A stretch of DNA of 64,000 nt, from NCBI GenBank assembly GCA_002104945.1, contig MCFH01000028.1, positions 186,001 to 250,000 on the forward strand, read 5' to 3'. A model generated the notes under the pieces. The model saw nothing but the letters and a program-made list of their open reading frames with translations, made no database searches and was not told the origin of the DNA. Below, one piece after another: positions 1 to 14,398 of the stretch. A program made the position numbers and the translations under genes. Numbering within the stretch: the stretch's first letter is position 1; each line of letters opens with the position of its first letter. The stretch is from Piromyces finnis finn. Taxonomy: Eukaryota > Fungi > Neocallimastigomycota.

Positions 1-699
1 ATCTTTTGAACGTTTGAAACGCATATTAACTTCATTTTGATTTTCATATATCATTAATAAATTAGATCTGATTTCCTCCATTGCTTCAGTTGTATATGAT
101 AAAGTACCCAAGTGAATTTGTTTTAATTCCATTTCTGTAAAATATATTGAATAATTACAACATTAAATAATTAATTTATATATTAATTAGGAATAATTAA
201 TTAAATAATTTCTCGATTAAAAATATAAATTACCATTTTTTGTTAAAGTTCCTGTTTTATCTGATAAAATATATTCTACTCTTCCTAATTCTTCAGGAAT
301 TGTACTGGTACGAACTATAGTTTCTGGAATATTTTTATCATGCATAATATCATATGAATAATAAGTTTTTCCTAAATCGAGATTAACACGTAAACTATAT
401 TAAATAAAATTTTAAATACAAAAATTATAACAATTAAATATATATAAATAAATATAAATAAATTGGTCATTTAATATATATATGGATATAAATGTATAAA
501 TAATTAAAAAAAATTACCTAATGGGAATAATTGATGAAAGAATAATTAAGAATCTTAACAAAGAAATATACCATATTCCTCTAAAATTATTTATTGCAAT
601 TAATGCTAATGCTAATGAAAATGTTACTATACATAAAATCTATTATTTAATAATAGTATAAATATACATATATGATTTAAAATTTAATATCAAGGGAAA

Positions 700-747
<48 letters not shown>

Positions 748-2413
748 TTTACCTTTGCTAAACGATTAATTTCCCAATCAATCTTTCCAACTTTTGTTTT
801 AGGAAAATTAGTATTCATAACTGAACGAGTATCTCTACCTGTATATATAACCAATCCTATCGCTGTTCCTGAAGCCAATACAGTATTTGCCCATATTGTA
901 TTTTCAACATTTAGTGGTGTACTAACACTATCACTCTATATTTATATTAATTATTTAGATATATGAAATATTTTTTTTTATATATATTATTCTAATATTG
1001 ATATTTACATCAGATGCAAATGAGGTAAATGTTCCAATAAATTTGTATATATCTTTATGTGGATCTTCAGCTAAATATTATAAATGATGTTTAATACATA
1101 TATTATAATATATTATATTACTTAATATTAAATATCATCAATCTATTACCATAAACTGATGCTTGATAGTCACATAATTGACTATCAAATTCTAATTGCT
1201 GGGTGGTTGATAAAGCTGTTCTTAATTTCCAATCAGTCTCCCCATCTAATTGATCAGTTCTAATAAAACATTCTCCATTAACATTTGATGTTCTAAGTAA
1301 TAATAGATCTGCTGGAACCTTTAATTAAAAACATTAATTAATATTGGGTATAATAGTATTCTGATATATTACTCATTTATATTTTCTATTTACTTACTCT
1401 TTGATTTTCATGAATTCTTACTAAATGACCAACTTTAATTTTACTACTTGGAATATGTTTGAAACCATCTTCAGTTAATATTTCATATTTTTGTGAATTT
1501 TCTTCCTGTTAATAGCGCGTTTAATTATTAGACTGTTGTTTTTAAAATATTACATTTATATAAATATTTACATTATCTCTTTTTTTTCTTAGTAAATCAT
1601 CATATGCTTCTTTACTAATTGTAACTGATAAGATAAATACAAGTGGACCAATATAAGTAACCAAGTACCCTATATTGATATTATAGTGAATGAGTTAAAA
1701 AAAACCACATTTCCATATCATAAAAGATAATTATTAATAGGCTATTAATATTTACCAATTTTTAATGCTGGAATAAATTGCGATATCGCAACTAATAAGA
1801 AATATAGATTTAAGAAAAATTTAAACTATTCATATATGGATTATATGGATTATTTATATCAAAGATATAAATGTCAAATTAATTTTATTTATAATAAATT
1901 TATATAATTAATTATTAAAATATTAAATAATTCATACTTGTTCATAAAGAACTACAGGTAAAAATGTAATTATATTATATTTTTGATTTCTTATAACATT
2001 TTGTGCATATCTTGTTCGATTTTTCTTCCCTATAAATACATAATTATAATTTAATTATAAAAAATTTAGAAGGAATTTAAATAATTTTTATGTTTGTTAC
2101 CTATTAAAATAGTTCTTCCTTTATTTGATTTAATACTGTCTCTTCTTGAATCTTTTGAAATTTTTATTGAATTCAAACCAATTGTTTCCTAATGAAATAA
2201 AATTTATAACAACAAAACAATAATATTTATAATTTTAAAATATATATAAATATATATATTTTTATTTATTTATTTATTTTATTTTATTTTATTTTATTTT
2301 AAAATTAAATATTTTTAAATATTATTTACTTGTTCTTCTTCATTGTAACTGTCTTCATTGTCTGAATTGACGACAGAAATTAATGGTATATTATCATTGT
2401 AACTATCATTCAT
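1..2413 (-). CDS. NEO1: P4-type ATPase (phospholipid flippase), Neo1/ATP9 subfamily; multi-exon, 3' end runs off the window
   Basis: Spliced minus-strand exons: ATG at 2413 ([15 protein letters not shown]...), then [25 protein letters not shown] / [44 protein letters not shown]...[14 protein letters not shown], and [21 protein letters not shown] (P-type phosphorylation motif DKTGTLT, about 240-300). Introns are GT-AG. The motifs match the Neo1/ATP9 class. Confidence 0.93.
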
Positions 2414-4440
2414 TTTATTTATTAATCTTTTATCTTTTTGTACTATTTAAATTTAAATTAAATACTAGTTATAAATTTGTTTATTCTTGCTTTCAATTTG
2501 CCTTCAATACTACTATTATATTTTTTATAACTATCATTTATTATTAACAAATAAAAAGTTTTTTTCTTTCCTCCCTTTTTTTATTATAAATTTAATTTTA
2601 TAATTTTGTATTTTGTTTTTTATTGTTTTATTTTATAATTTGAATTTTCTTTGTATTAAATGTCCTAATTTTGACATGAAAGTTCATTTAATCTTTTGAT
2701 TTATAAAGATTTTTTATCAATGCCTTAAATACAGATTTTTTTTTTTTTTTTATATATATATATATATGTTAATAATTTTAAAAGTAAGGAGTTGATTTTG
2801 TTATTGGTTTTGCTTTTTTTAATTGATATATATATTATTATTACTATTAGTTTTTTTAAAAATATATATATACACAAAATATACACAAAAGATTTCTTTA
2901 AAATAAAGTTTATTAAAAAAATGTAATAAAGGTATTGTTTTTGGTAAACATAATATAGATAACCTTAAAACAAAAATTTTTATAAAATAAAATTAAATGT
3001 GGCGCAATAATTTATTTATTAAAAATTAAAATAATTAAATTTTGGATTTTAAATTAATTAATAAAAAAAAATTACTTTCTATAGTAAAAATAAAGAATAA
3101 AATAATTAATTATTAATTACATGTGGCTTATAACCAATATAGTAATAAGATTTATTTTCAATTTTGATAAAATTAAAAATGTAAAAAAAAAAAGAAAATA
3201 ATAATAAAAAAAAAATACAAAATAAATTCCAATTTACAAAAAGAAAAAGTAGTATTTTTTAAATATAAAATATAATAATATTTTTTGATTTATAAAATAA
3301 TAACATTAAAATTAAAGCATACACATTAAAAACTTTTCTTACAAACATTATTTAATAATAATTTCTTGGTTTTTCAATAATTCAAAAAAAAAACTGTGTT
3401 CATTTTCTATGCATAATATAGTAAAAATATAACTTAAAAATAACTTTTTATTCACTTTACTTTTATCAATTTTTTTTGAAATACTTTTTAAATAATATAT
3501 ATTTTAAAAATTTAATATTAATTTTATTTTGAAATTAGAGAAGCTCATTTATTTATATACTACGGATTTTATATATTTTTATTTCAATGAAAAACGATTT
3601 TCTTATGGACAATATAGAATTCCTTTTTAAATTTATTAATTACTTTTTTGGTTTACTTTTATTAATAACTTATTATTTAAAATAATTTTATTATTATTAT
3701 TTTACACTCAACATTAATTTTTTAAAGAGTGAAAATTCAAAAAAACGAATAACTGTTTATTTAGAATAGTGGCTTTTATTTATATATTCATTGATTGGTT
3801 AATTTCCATATCATGTGAATTTTTGATTGATTTCTTTCTAACCAAATCATATACTCTTTTTTTTAATCTTGATTGAACAATTTATTAACAGAATTTGAAA
3901 AAGCGTATCAATTTATTAATAAAAATATTATTAAATATATAAATAATTATAAGAAAAGAAGTAATTATGAATGTTCATTTATATAAATGTTAATTTTTTA
4001 TATATAATTATTAATGATGATGAATGAAGAAATGAAAATTAAATGATAAAATAAAATATATAATAAAAAAATATAATAAATAAAAAAAGTAATAAAAATA
4101 TGACATTAATAACAAAGTCCTAATTTAAATGAAATGAAATCATAAAATATTTTAACATTACAATATTGCTTAACATCGAAAAGAAAATGGAAAAACGAGG
4201 AAAGATTAATAATGTAAATAATAAAAGTAATAAAATCAATAATATTAAAAATGTATAAAAAGAAAAAAAATTCAAAAGCGCGATAACATTACATCAATAA
4301 TTAATAATTAAAATGAATATAACGAAAATAATGAGAAAATTAAAATTTTAAATTATTTGTTAATAATTTTCAAAAAAGAAAAATTATTAATAACATTTTT
4401 ATTTTTTAAAAAAATATAATAGGAAATTTATACTTTTTAA

Positions 4441-5777
4441 ATGATGCAAGGGCAGAATCCATTATTGAAAATGAATAAAGTAAATATAAAATAATAATTT
4501 AAGTTTTTATATTATTTGATTGAAAATATATTACACAATTTTAATTTGAAAAACGTTAATTAATTTAAATAAATGTGTAAATTTAAAAAGACAAAATCTA
4601 AAAAAATAGTAGATCCAGAAGATGATGATTGGAAATGTAAAAATTGTGGTTGTCCTGCTAAACATACTCCATTAAAAAGAACAGGAAGAGATGGAAAAAA
4701 AGTAATTATCGAAATATTTAGTATTTTAAAAAAATAAAAACTTTGATATTAAATATATAATATATATAAATTAGAGTATTTGTAATGCATGCTATATTAG
4801 AGAAAGAACACAACAAGAAAGAGCAGAACGTGGAAGTGCAAGGCCTGTATTAACAACATCAGTGCCAATGACAACAGCAAATATATTATCGAATCCACAA
4901 CAAAATTATTTTTTTCCATATTGGAATCTTGCAAATTTAAGTATGGTTCAACAGCAAATGAATATGTTAACAAAACTAGGACAAATAGGAGTAGATAATC
5001 AACAATTATATGCAAATAACGCATTTGGTTTAACACAAGATGCAGTTAGTGCTGCACTTCAAGCATATCAAGCTGCTGCTGCTGCAACAGCATCAGGTCA
5101 ATTACCTGTTGATTATAATTCAAATTTAAATATGTTGGGAGCATTAGGTACATTAGGACTTACTGCAGCAGCAACAACCCAAGCAGCAAATGCAGCAAAT
5201 GTTTTATCAGGTCAAGAAATTGACCAATCAGTTCAAGATATTCAACAGTCAGAAGAACTTTCAGAAGAATTAAAAACAGATGAAGATACTAGTAAGCAAG
5301 ATTTACAACAACAAATCCAACAAATAACATCTTCAAGTATTAGCGATATAACAAAATTAGCAGCTGCTGTGGCAGATGCTGATACAATAGATAAATTAAA
5401 TAAAACAACGGCATTGTTAACAGAGAGTTTATATGATCAGCAAGCAGTAGCTGCTGCTGCTGTAGCAGCATTGGATCAAGCACAATTGAATTTGAAAAAT
5501 GATGAATTAATAAAGGTAATATTATTATATAATTAATTTTTTTTAAAGTAATTTATAAGTAAATTAATATTTAAATTATATATAGGAAAAGATTAATAAA
5601 GAAATTAAGAGTATACAAGAAGCACAATTAAGAAAAACAGAAGAAACAACCTCAAAGGTTGAGACAAAGGAAGAAAAAAAGATATTTCAAAAAAGAAAAG
5701 AAATGGATGAAGAAGAAAATTTATTAGGAGAAAAGATTAAAAAAGAGTTAAAGAGAGTTAAAGTCGATAGCAAATAA
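4441..5777 (+). CDS. GATA-like zinc-finger protein (C-x2-C-x20-C-x2-C) with Ala/Gln-rich activation-like region; 4 exons, about 360 aa
   Basis: Exons 4441-4479, 4591-4701, 4775-5515 and 5586-5777; all introns are phase-0 GT-AG and keep the frame. The finger WKCKNCGCPAKHTPLKRTGRDGKK|SICNACY spans intron 2. The C-terminus is basic and NLS-like (KKELKRVKV). Confidence 0.8.
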
Positions 5778-7022
5778 TATCTCACACAAAGGGAAAATAA
5801 AATGTATACCAAATATTTATCATCATGGGAAAAAATTCATCAATTATTTAATGTAATAATATATAATAGAGGAAATTTAAACAAAGTATATAACCGTCAT
5901 TATTTAAACGAAAACAACATAATTTATTTATTATCATAATTTATTTAACAGTATAAACGAAATCAGTTTTTATTTTATAATTTAATTCTATATATTTTAA
6001 ACGTAATTTTTTTTACACAAAGAATATTACGAATTGATGTCAATAATAAAAAAAATTCACTTTTTTTTTTTTTATTAAATTATTTATTATTGCAAGATAA
6101 AATGTCATAATCTTGTGATATACTTTTTTTTTTTTAAAAAAAAATTAACTATTTATAATTTATTTTTTCATATAAAAAAACCATAATAATATAGAATTTA
6201 TATTTCTTTATTAAATTTTTTTTTCTTACTACAATTATAGAATCTTTAACTTTTAAGAAATACCATTTTAATTTCAATATACCCCTTTATTTTTTTTTTT
6301 TTTTTTTTTTTAAATGGTATTTTAAAAAAAAAATATAATTTCGTACATTAAAAAAAAAAAAAAAAAATGAACGAATAATAATCATTAAAGAAATGAATAA
6401 AAATATTTAATTAAAAAAAAAAGAAAATAAGACCAATATTTGTTTTTTTAAAAAAAGTTAAAAAATAATGTAAAAGTTTGTAATTGTAATACAATGAACA
6501 AAAAAAAGTTGGGATGAATATATTTGTTTTTTTGTTTTTTTTTTTTTTAATTAAAATAATAACACTTAAAGTTATATTTTAATTTTATCTTGTTCAAATA
6601 TTATAAATATTAAAAATCTTTGATGTTATTCAATTATAATAATAATTGATAATTTAATGTTTAAATAGTAAAATATAAACTATTTCATCTTTATGACTGA
6701 TTATTATTATTATAATTGAAATCCTGGAATCATTAAAAGGTAAAAAAAAAGAAAGATTAATTTAATAATATTAAATTACTATTACAATAACTTAAAAAGA
6801 AGTATAATTTTCATCAAATTAAATAAATTTAAGATGATAAACATTAATTATTATAAAATATTATTAAATAATTTTATTATTATATAAAATAATATTGGTG
6901 AATAAAGTCAAAAATCAGAACTACGAAAACATAAAAATTATTTTCTATGGAATAGTTTTTATTATTATTATATTTTAATTGTTTTTATTAAACTATTTGA
7001 ACAGTACCGCCATTAAATATAA

Positions 7023-8345
7023 ATGGAAGCAGATAGACAAATAAATGAACTTAAAAAATACATACTGAATAACGAAAATGAAGAACATTATTTAGGTTTA
7101 AACAAGTTGCAAACCGAGAATTTTGATTCTTTTATATATAGTATCGAAAATAATTCAGATATAAAAATTATTAAGCAGTTGATAAAATTTTGCACGGATA
7201 TTAATTTCGAGATTGAAAGGGAAAAAAATCCTTTATTTGTTTCGCTTAGAGAAAAAAAAAAAGTTTATAATTACAAACTTAATTTTGGAAAAGGGAAGAA
7301 ATATTAACTATGTTACAAAAAAAGGAAATAGCATTTTATTTTATTTATTGCAAGAAAAAAAAACTTGATTTTTCAAATTTAAAGTTTATTTTGTTAAACA
7401 ATGTGGATATAAATTTTTGAAAAAATAAAAAAAACTGATTATCAAACAATTTATTGAATGCACCGAGGAAGAATTTTTTATCAGATATACGTATTTCAGT
7501 TTATAAAAGTGATATCAACTTTGAACTTATAAGGTTTATTCTTAAAACATTACCCTATAAAAATAACCTTATTATTGATATTTTAAATGAGCGTAAACAA
7601 AATCGAGTGACAATGTCTTTTTTAAAAAAAAGCAATAGAAATAGAGAAAGGGGAAATAGAAATAATCATTAATATGTATTAACTTTTGCTTCAAAAATAG
7701 GTAATATTGAAATGGTAAAATATTTAATTGAAAATGGTATATATTTATATACAGAAAACAATAAAGGTAGAGATTCAGTTATGAATGCTTTAATTTTTAA
7801 TCATAGTGATATAGCCAAATATTCATTTAATAAAGGGAGTGAATTTTTTAAAAATAAAAATAAATGTATAACGTATTTAAATTTAGCATGTAAAATTGGT
7901 TTAATTGATATTGCGGAATATTTAATTTATAAAGGAGTATTTATTGAAGAAGAGGAAAATATTAATGATATTGAATATGATATAATATTGAAACCAAAGA
8001 TTGAATATTTAAATATATGGAGTTATAAAAAGAAAAAAATATACAAAAGTGGATGAATTACATAAGAATAATATTATTGAATTAAATGAAAAAGTTGAAA
8101 ATAATAATGATATAACGTTAGTTGAAAATTTCATATGAAATTAATCCAGGAATATTAATGAAGAAGATGAGGAATATTCAAAAGAAAAAGTTGAAAAAAA
8201 AAAAAAAGTTAATACATTATTGATGGCATGTTTTAAAGGTAATTATGAAATAGTTAATATTTTAATTGAAAGTGGTACAAATATATACGAATTCATTCAT
8301 TTTGTAGATGATATTTTAAACATTAAAACTATGGAAAGAAGGTAA
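7023..8345 (+). pseudogene. Ankyrin-repeat gene broken by multiple frameshifts (pseudogene or homopolymer sequencing errors)
   Basis: Ankyrin motifs lie in different frames: PLFVSLREKK/FIITNLILEKGRNINY, LTFASKIGNIEMVKYLIENG, LNLACKIGLIDIAEYLIYKG, TLLMACFKGNYEIVNILIESG. Several frame switches fall at poly-A runs. Confidence 0.75.
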
Positions 8346-9200
8346 TTAATTAATTCATAAAAAATCTAAATCACCTTCTCAAGAGAAGTCTTCTTTCCTG
8401 TATTCTAATGTTGTGGGGCTTATGAAATTCTTTTACCTATTATTATATCCATTATAATGTGTGACTTTTACACAAGGATCGATTTATATTAAGTATCCTG
8501 AGTACATCATTAGACCAACCGAGTGTTGACATTGAATAATAGTGTTAATCCATAAGTAATGATCATTGAAGAGTGAGAGGAGTTAGAGGCCCTTTCGTAT
8601 ACTCACAATGTAGTTTTCTTTTATTAATTTATATATATCGTTTAAGTGTTTATTATTATTTTTTTTAATTAAATTAAATTATTAATAAATAAAATTAAAT
8701 ATTATTCATGTCTAAAAAAAAAACCCACTTTATAAAGTAAAATTAAAAAAAAAAAAAAAAGTCAAATCATTTGATTATATATTTATTTGAAGTCATCTTG
8801 ACTCAAGCCATTAAATCAAATTTAGTTAATGCAAAATGAATCCTTTTTAAATTTATCCAATAAATAAAAAACTATTGTGGAAATAAAATAATTTTTTTTT
8901 TTTTTAAATTAATGTTACACAGCTAATGATGGACTTTTTTTATTATTATTATTATTTTTTTTAGTTTTATTTTTTGTTTTTATTTTTTGTTTTGTTTTTG
9001 AGTTTTTTTTTTTTTTTTTAAAAGATATTCTTCAAATATTAATATTAAAATAAAAAATTGAAAATGATTAAATATTGACAAAAAAAAAAAAAAAGAAAGA
9101 AAGAAAAGAAAGATTTTTCTTTCTTTATTTTTTTTTTATTTTTTCATTTTAATCTATTTTCAATTTTTTATTTTTATTTCATACTTTTGATGCTTATTTT

Positions 9201-9231
<31 letters not shown>

Positions 9232-10138
9232 TTTTTTTTTTTTATTAATATTTTACGTTTCTTTATTAATATGTTAATATAATAATAAATAGATGTTTTT
9301 TTTTTTTTAAAAAAAAATTTTAATTTCTACTTTTTTTGTTTGTTTAATTATTTTTAAAAGATGTGGTGGACGACGATTATTATTATTATTATTTTTTTTT
9401 TTATTTTATTATTATTTTTTGTTTATTATTTATTTTTATTTTTATTTTAGAAATTTTCAAAATTCAATTTTGAATACTTTTTTTTAATTTGATGATATTT
9501 GAATTTGAATTATTATTTTTTTTTTATTAGTATGTTTATTGTCTTTGAAAAAAAAAAAAAAAATTAACATTTCATTATAAATATTAGTTTTTTTTTTTTT
9601 TTTTATAAACTTTTTATTTTTAACTAGTATATATCTAATTTACTTAGTATATAAATAAATTAACTTGCTTTGTTTTTATTTTATTTTTACACTAAAAAGT
9701 TTTTTTTTTTTTTTTTGTATGCTGATTCTGTTTTTTTTTTTTTTTTTTTTTTTTCGCTAATTATTTTTTCTTTTGTGATTATATATAAAATATGAAAAAA
9801 AAAAAAATACTTAAAATAGAAAAAAAAATGAATTAGGAATAAGAATAGGATCTATAAAACGCTGTTAAAAATGATTGAATAGGAAACATATCAAATGTTA
9901 TTATTTTAAAGAGTTTATAAATTGTTATTACTATTATTAATTTACTTTTTTTTTTTCTCCTCTTTTCCAAATTAAAAAATTTAAAAAAAATATTCTATAT
10001 TTTTTAAAAAAATTTTGGTATATTTTTCTTTCTTTTTAGGAAAAAAAAAAAAAAAAAGTTAGGTAGGTAGGGCAGAAAAAATATATTTTTACTATTTTAT
10101 TATTTATAGGTTAGAAAAATAAAAAAAAGTTTTTTTTT

Positions 10139-13100
10139 TTATTCTTCTTTTTCAAATAATTTTAATAAATTGCGACAACCAATTAATATTTCCTTACCAA
10201 GATAATCTTTAATTTTAGTATGAATACTCAAGACATCACTGACTTGAACATGTTGTAAAAGAAAAGTATCCATTTCATTATCTTGAAGTGGTATAGTGTC
10301 TAAATTTAATTTTTGTCGAATCATTTCTAATTTCCATTGATTGATAATATCTTCCCAAAGATTAGAAAGTTTGATAAAGGAATCTAAGGCATTTTGTATG
10401 ACATTGTAACGTTTAGATAAAATAGATTTATTACTTTCACGTACATCTTCTTGAATCATCTCAATTTCATCTTGCTTACACTGTTGATATTCTAGTTCAT
10501 GAAGGTAATCAATGATCATATTTTGAACTTGAATAATATAAACTGGTATAGATTTTACACAAAATTGATAATACCAACGTGGAATAGGTGGTGGTGGGGT
10601 ATTGTCAGTGGTTTCCCCATCTTCTTCAAATGGAATACCGGAAAGACGATGGAAAATACGAAGTAATCCCATAATAATAAATTTTAAATCCTTATTCCAA
10701 GGAATACTTTGTATGAGAGGTTGCTTCAACGTGGTATCAACAGATGGAATACGTATAGATTCTGTGGTATTGGGTTGATAGGTACTAGAACGATGTTGTT
10801 TTACTGGACGATTATTCTTGGTCATCTTTATCGTTCTTATTTGTGGTTGTTCAATAGTATCAATGGTATACGTTTGACTATGAATGAAATTATCTTCAAA
10901 AGCTTTCGATGAAGAATTCTTGGTATTTGTACTTAATGAATGGGTTAACGGTACATTTCCTAAGGCGGTCATGGAAACTAAATCTTTTCTATGATACTGT
11001 TGATCGCTGGAAGTAAATGGGCTTTGTTTATTTTCGGGACCAGCACTTTTAATACCATCATTCTCCATTTCATAGATATCTTTTGTCACAGAGACAGGCG
11101 CCGAACCACTTCTTGGTCTTGGCTTTAAATGTGTTTTCATTTGTTGTTCCATTTCTAATGTTGGGGTTTGAGGTATAGCATTTATCAATGGCTTATCCTT
11201 GAGATGATCAGGTATTTTATTAGATTCTGAATGGGTAGGACTGACCTCACTGGTGGGGGATTCTATTGGCGATGAAACATTTGTAGGATGCTTTGACGTG
11301 GATACCAAAATGTCTGGATTGTTAGAAGATTTTGTTAAATTCTTTTCTTCCCCTCCAGCCGGTTTGTCACCTTCGTTTTCTTTGCCTTCTTCTTCGTCCA
11401 ATTCCCCAGTTTCTCGTAAAATGGCCATTAATTCGGAATTTTCTGCCTTGGTAACAAAAGAATAAATATCTTTATCGATAAGATAGAGTTGATCCAAGAT
11501 TCCCTTCCAATAATCATAGATGGTGTAATGGAAATGAAGTGGATCTTTTGGGAGACAACGATCAATTAAATCTGTATATTCTGTTTTTAATTGAACCGGT
11601 GTGGTTTTATTGGTATAAAGGGACATTAAATTGACATTGGTATTGGACATCGAAGAACCGGAACGACCAATACTACCACTACGATGGCTAGCATGACCAG
11701 CATGACTATTGCTACGACTACGGCTACGACTACGGCTACGTTGAAGTCCTACGACATCAGAAGATAAGTAATCCTCCTCACGAGATCTAAAGCGTCGAAG
11801 CGTAAGGTCTTCATTGACATCCTCATAACCACGGCTAAGACTAGGGTTACGGGAAAGAGAACTTTTATTATAGGAACTGACATTCAACACAGAATTTCTA
11901 TTCATATTACCGTGTATTGCGCCACCACTGATTTTGAGCAACTTGCTTAGATCAGAGGGTGGAGATGGTTTAGGCGATGCCTCTTCTGCTTCCATCATAC
12001 TAGGTTGAACTAATTCTTCTAAAATTTCCTTGGAACGGGTCAAGATGTAAAGCCAGCGATTAAATTCTCTTTCGTTGTAGCCACGAATAACGTAGAACGC
12101 ATTATCACGGGTAATAATGATAAATGTCTTTTTGTCCTTTTCTATATCACCTGTGGTATAAAACTTAAGTTCTGGTTCTATGTTTTTATAGATTTCTGAA
12201 GAACTGGAAAAAAAGGCCAGACTTGGGTGAATTAATGGTCGAACAGAGATAATATCTTTAATATTTATAATCCATTTAGGTACATAGAAATATTTGGATT
12301 TCAAATTTGGATTACTATTACCATTTTTACTTTTTCCGTCTTCCACAGCAATTAAAGGTCCAGAAAATTCTGGTCCTGGGGAAAGATTGGAATACAACTT
12401 TTTAAGCAAGAATAAATATGTTTTTCCTTCCTCAGAATTATCCGAAAAATATGGTGGATTGACCATGGTAAAAGTGGTATTTGCTGGAAGCTTTTGCTTT
12501 TTCTTTGGTGATAAGCAAGTTAAAAAGATACCGTCAAAACGAAGAATTCTTTTTTGATATTTATGACGAGAAGAGAGCTTTTCCACATAGCAGGAGTAAA
12601 CAAGGGTTTCTCTACTAATCTTTATTGAATTCTTTTTTTCAATCATTTGTTGTTCTTCCTCCCTTTTTCTTGCTGCATAAGAAAAAATATCATTTTTTGA
12701 ATTACGATCAATAAAACCTAAAGAATTTGGGGATAGCTTTGTTGTTGCCATGGCTTCATCATTATTAAATGGCTGAGGTAAAGTTTCTTGTTGAATAGTA
12801 ATGATATTTGACATAGGTGAGTTGGTTTTTGAGGTTGAGAAAAATGGATTTTTATATTGAATGGATTCTTCATTGCTGGATGAATTACTAGACGATAATG
12901 AATTTGCTTTCATGTGAGAACTTGACTGTGAACTAGATCTTGTCAAGGGTAATGTAAATGAAAGTTGTGCTTCATTACCTAATTTTCCACTATTACTACG
13001 TAGAGGTAAAGTAATACTTTTTATATTTCCATTAGCATACACAGAGCGTGAAGATCCAGAATTTCCATTTCCAAGACTTCTTATAGTACCATTCTTTTCC

Positions 13101-14398
13101 ACTATACTTACACTTTTACTACTTCCACTTCTTTCAATTTCATTCCCGTTACTACGACTACCATTTAATAAAATTGATGGTGGTGGATAATCATTAATAT
13201 TACTACCATTAGAAGTAGGAATATTCAAGTTTGAATTGGATAATGCATCCTTAGCAGAGGCTACTGTCGTTAAATCATTAAGATTGATTAATTTTTTCAT
13301 TGAGTTATTAGTGATAATTGTATTAGAAAGTAGAGGAGAATTTGTACTTGAGGGTAAGGAAGAAGGATCTTTATTCACAGACTTATTTTTATTATTACCA
13401 TCAATTAATAATTGTTGAATTTTTTCACGGTTTCCTTTATTTTCTTTATTTGTAATGCTGTCATTAAGTTGTTGAGAATTATTTCTTTCGAAAGAATTCA
13501 CAGCACCTTCCCCCAATATTTGGTGTATTTTATTATCACTTCCACTACGACTAGTACTACGAGAAATAGGTACTGAACGGTCCAAATCCTTTGGAAGAAC
13601 AGATTTATTTTCCATATAATTTCCTATTCTAACATGAGGATTAAACATATCCAATGGGTTTGTTGGAAGTGAAGTACTTCTTCTTTTAACAGGTTTTGGT
13701 GTAACTTCTACTTTGGATGAAGATGAAAAAGGTACAGATGAATTAAACACTTCACTCATTGTATTAATTGTATGAGCTTCTTTTTGAGTGGTATTATTTA
13801 CAAAAGTATTTTGATTGTTTTTATTTTTAAATGCTGAAGTATCATTCATCACCTTATCATTTGACTTTTCTACCGAACCATTAAGTAAATTACTATGAAC
13901 TGAAATATAACCTTGTTGATGTAATTTATAATTTTCACTACTGTAGGAATTAGATTTTTTAATTTCAGAAGGTATCCTTTCATTCAATAAATCTTGTCTT
14001 CGCTTTTGATCTAAGGCTTCATTAGTTGACTTACTACGACTTATTAAAACTTCATTAACATTTATATTTAACTATAATAAATAAAATAGAATAATTATAA
14101 TAGGTAGATAGATTGATTTTTATTGTTAAATTAATATTTTTTTCACATACTGACATTAATTTATAATTATTATATATTTTTATATATATTATATATATAT
14201 TATATATATTTCCATTACATTTTCATTTTGGGTTTTGGAATTATAAATTGATAATTTTTCCTCCTTAAGTTCGACTTGATTTTTCAAAGGAGAAGAATAA
14301 TTTGAATTCTTTATACCTTTTGCTCTTAGATGAGGAGGGAGCATTTTACTTAAATCCTTTGAGCTTCTTTTATTTCCAGTTATATTTTCTTGAACCAT
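10139..14398 (-). CDS. Large Ser/Asn-rich protein with a central PH domain and a helical C-terminal region; 2 exons
   Basis: Exon 1 is 14398-14219; a phase-0 GT-AG intron spans 14218-14072; exon 2 (14071-10139) is open. PH-like strands VYSCYVEKLSSRHKYQKRILRFDGIFLTCL ... WIINIKDIISVRP ... TFIIITRDNAFYVIRG, followed by the helix EREFNRWLYILTRS. Confidence 0.85.

Noticed and set aside
2675-2677. Alternative upstream ATG for NEO1
   Set aside because: That frame closes after 14 codons; the ATG at 2413 splices cleanly into the conserved exons.
8455-8500. tRNA-like segment (small stem-loop plus GGATCGA)
   Set aside because: There is no acceptor stem, D-arm or paired T-arm.
10709-13418. Plus-strand ORFs inside the PH gene
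   Set aside because: Antisense shadows of the minus-strand CDS.
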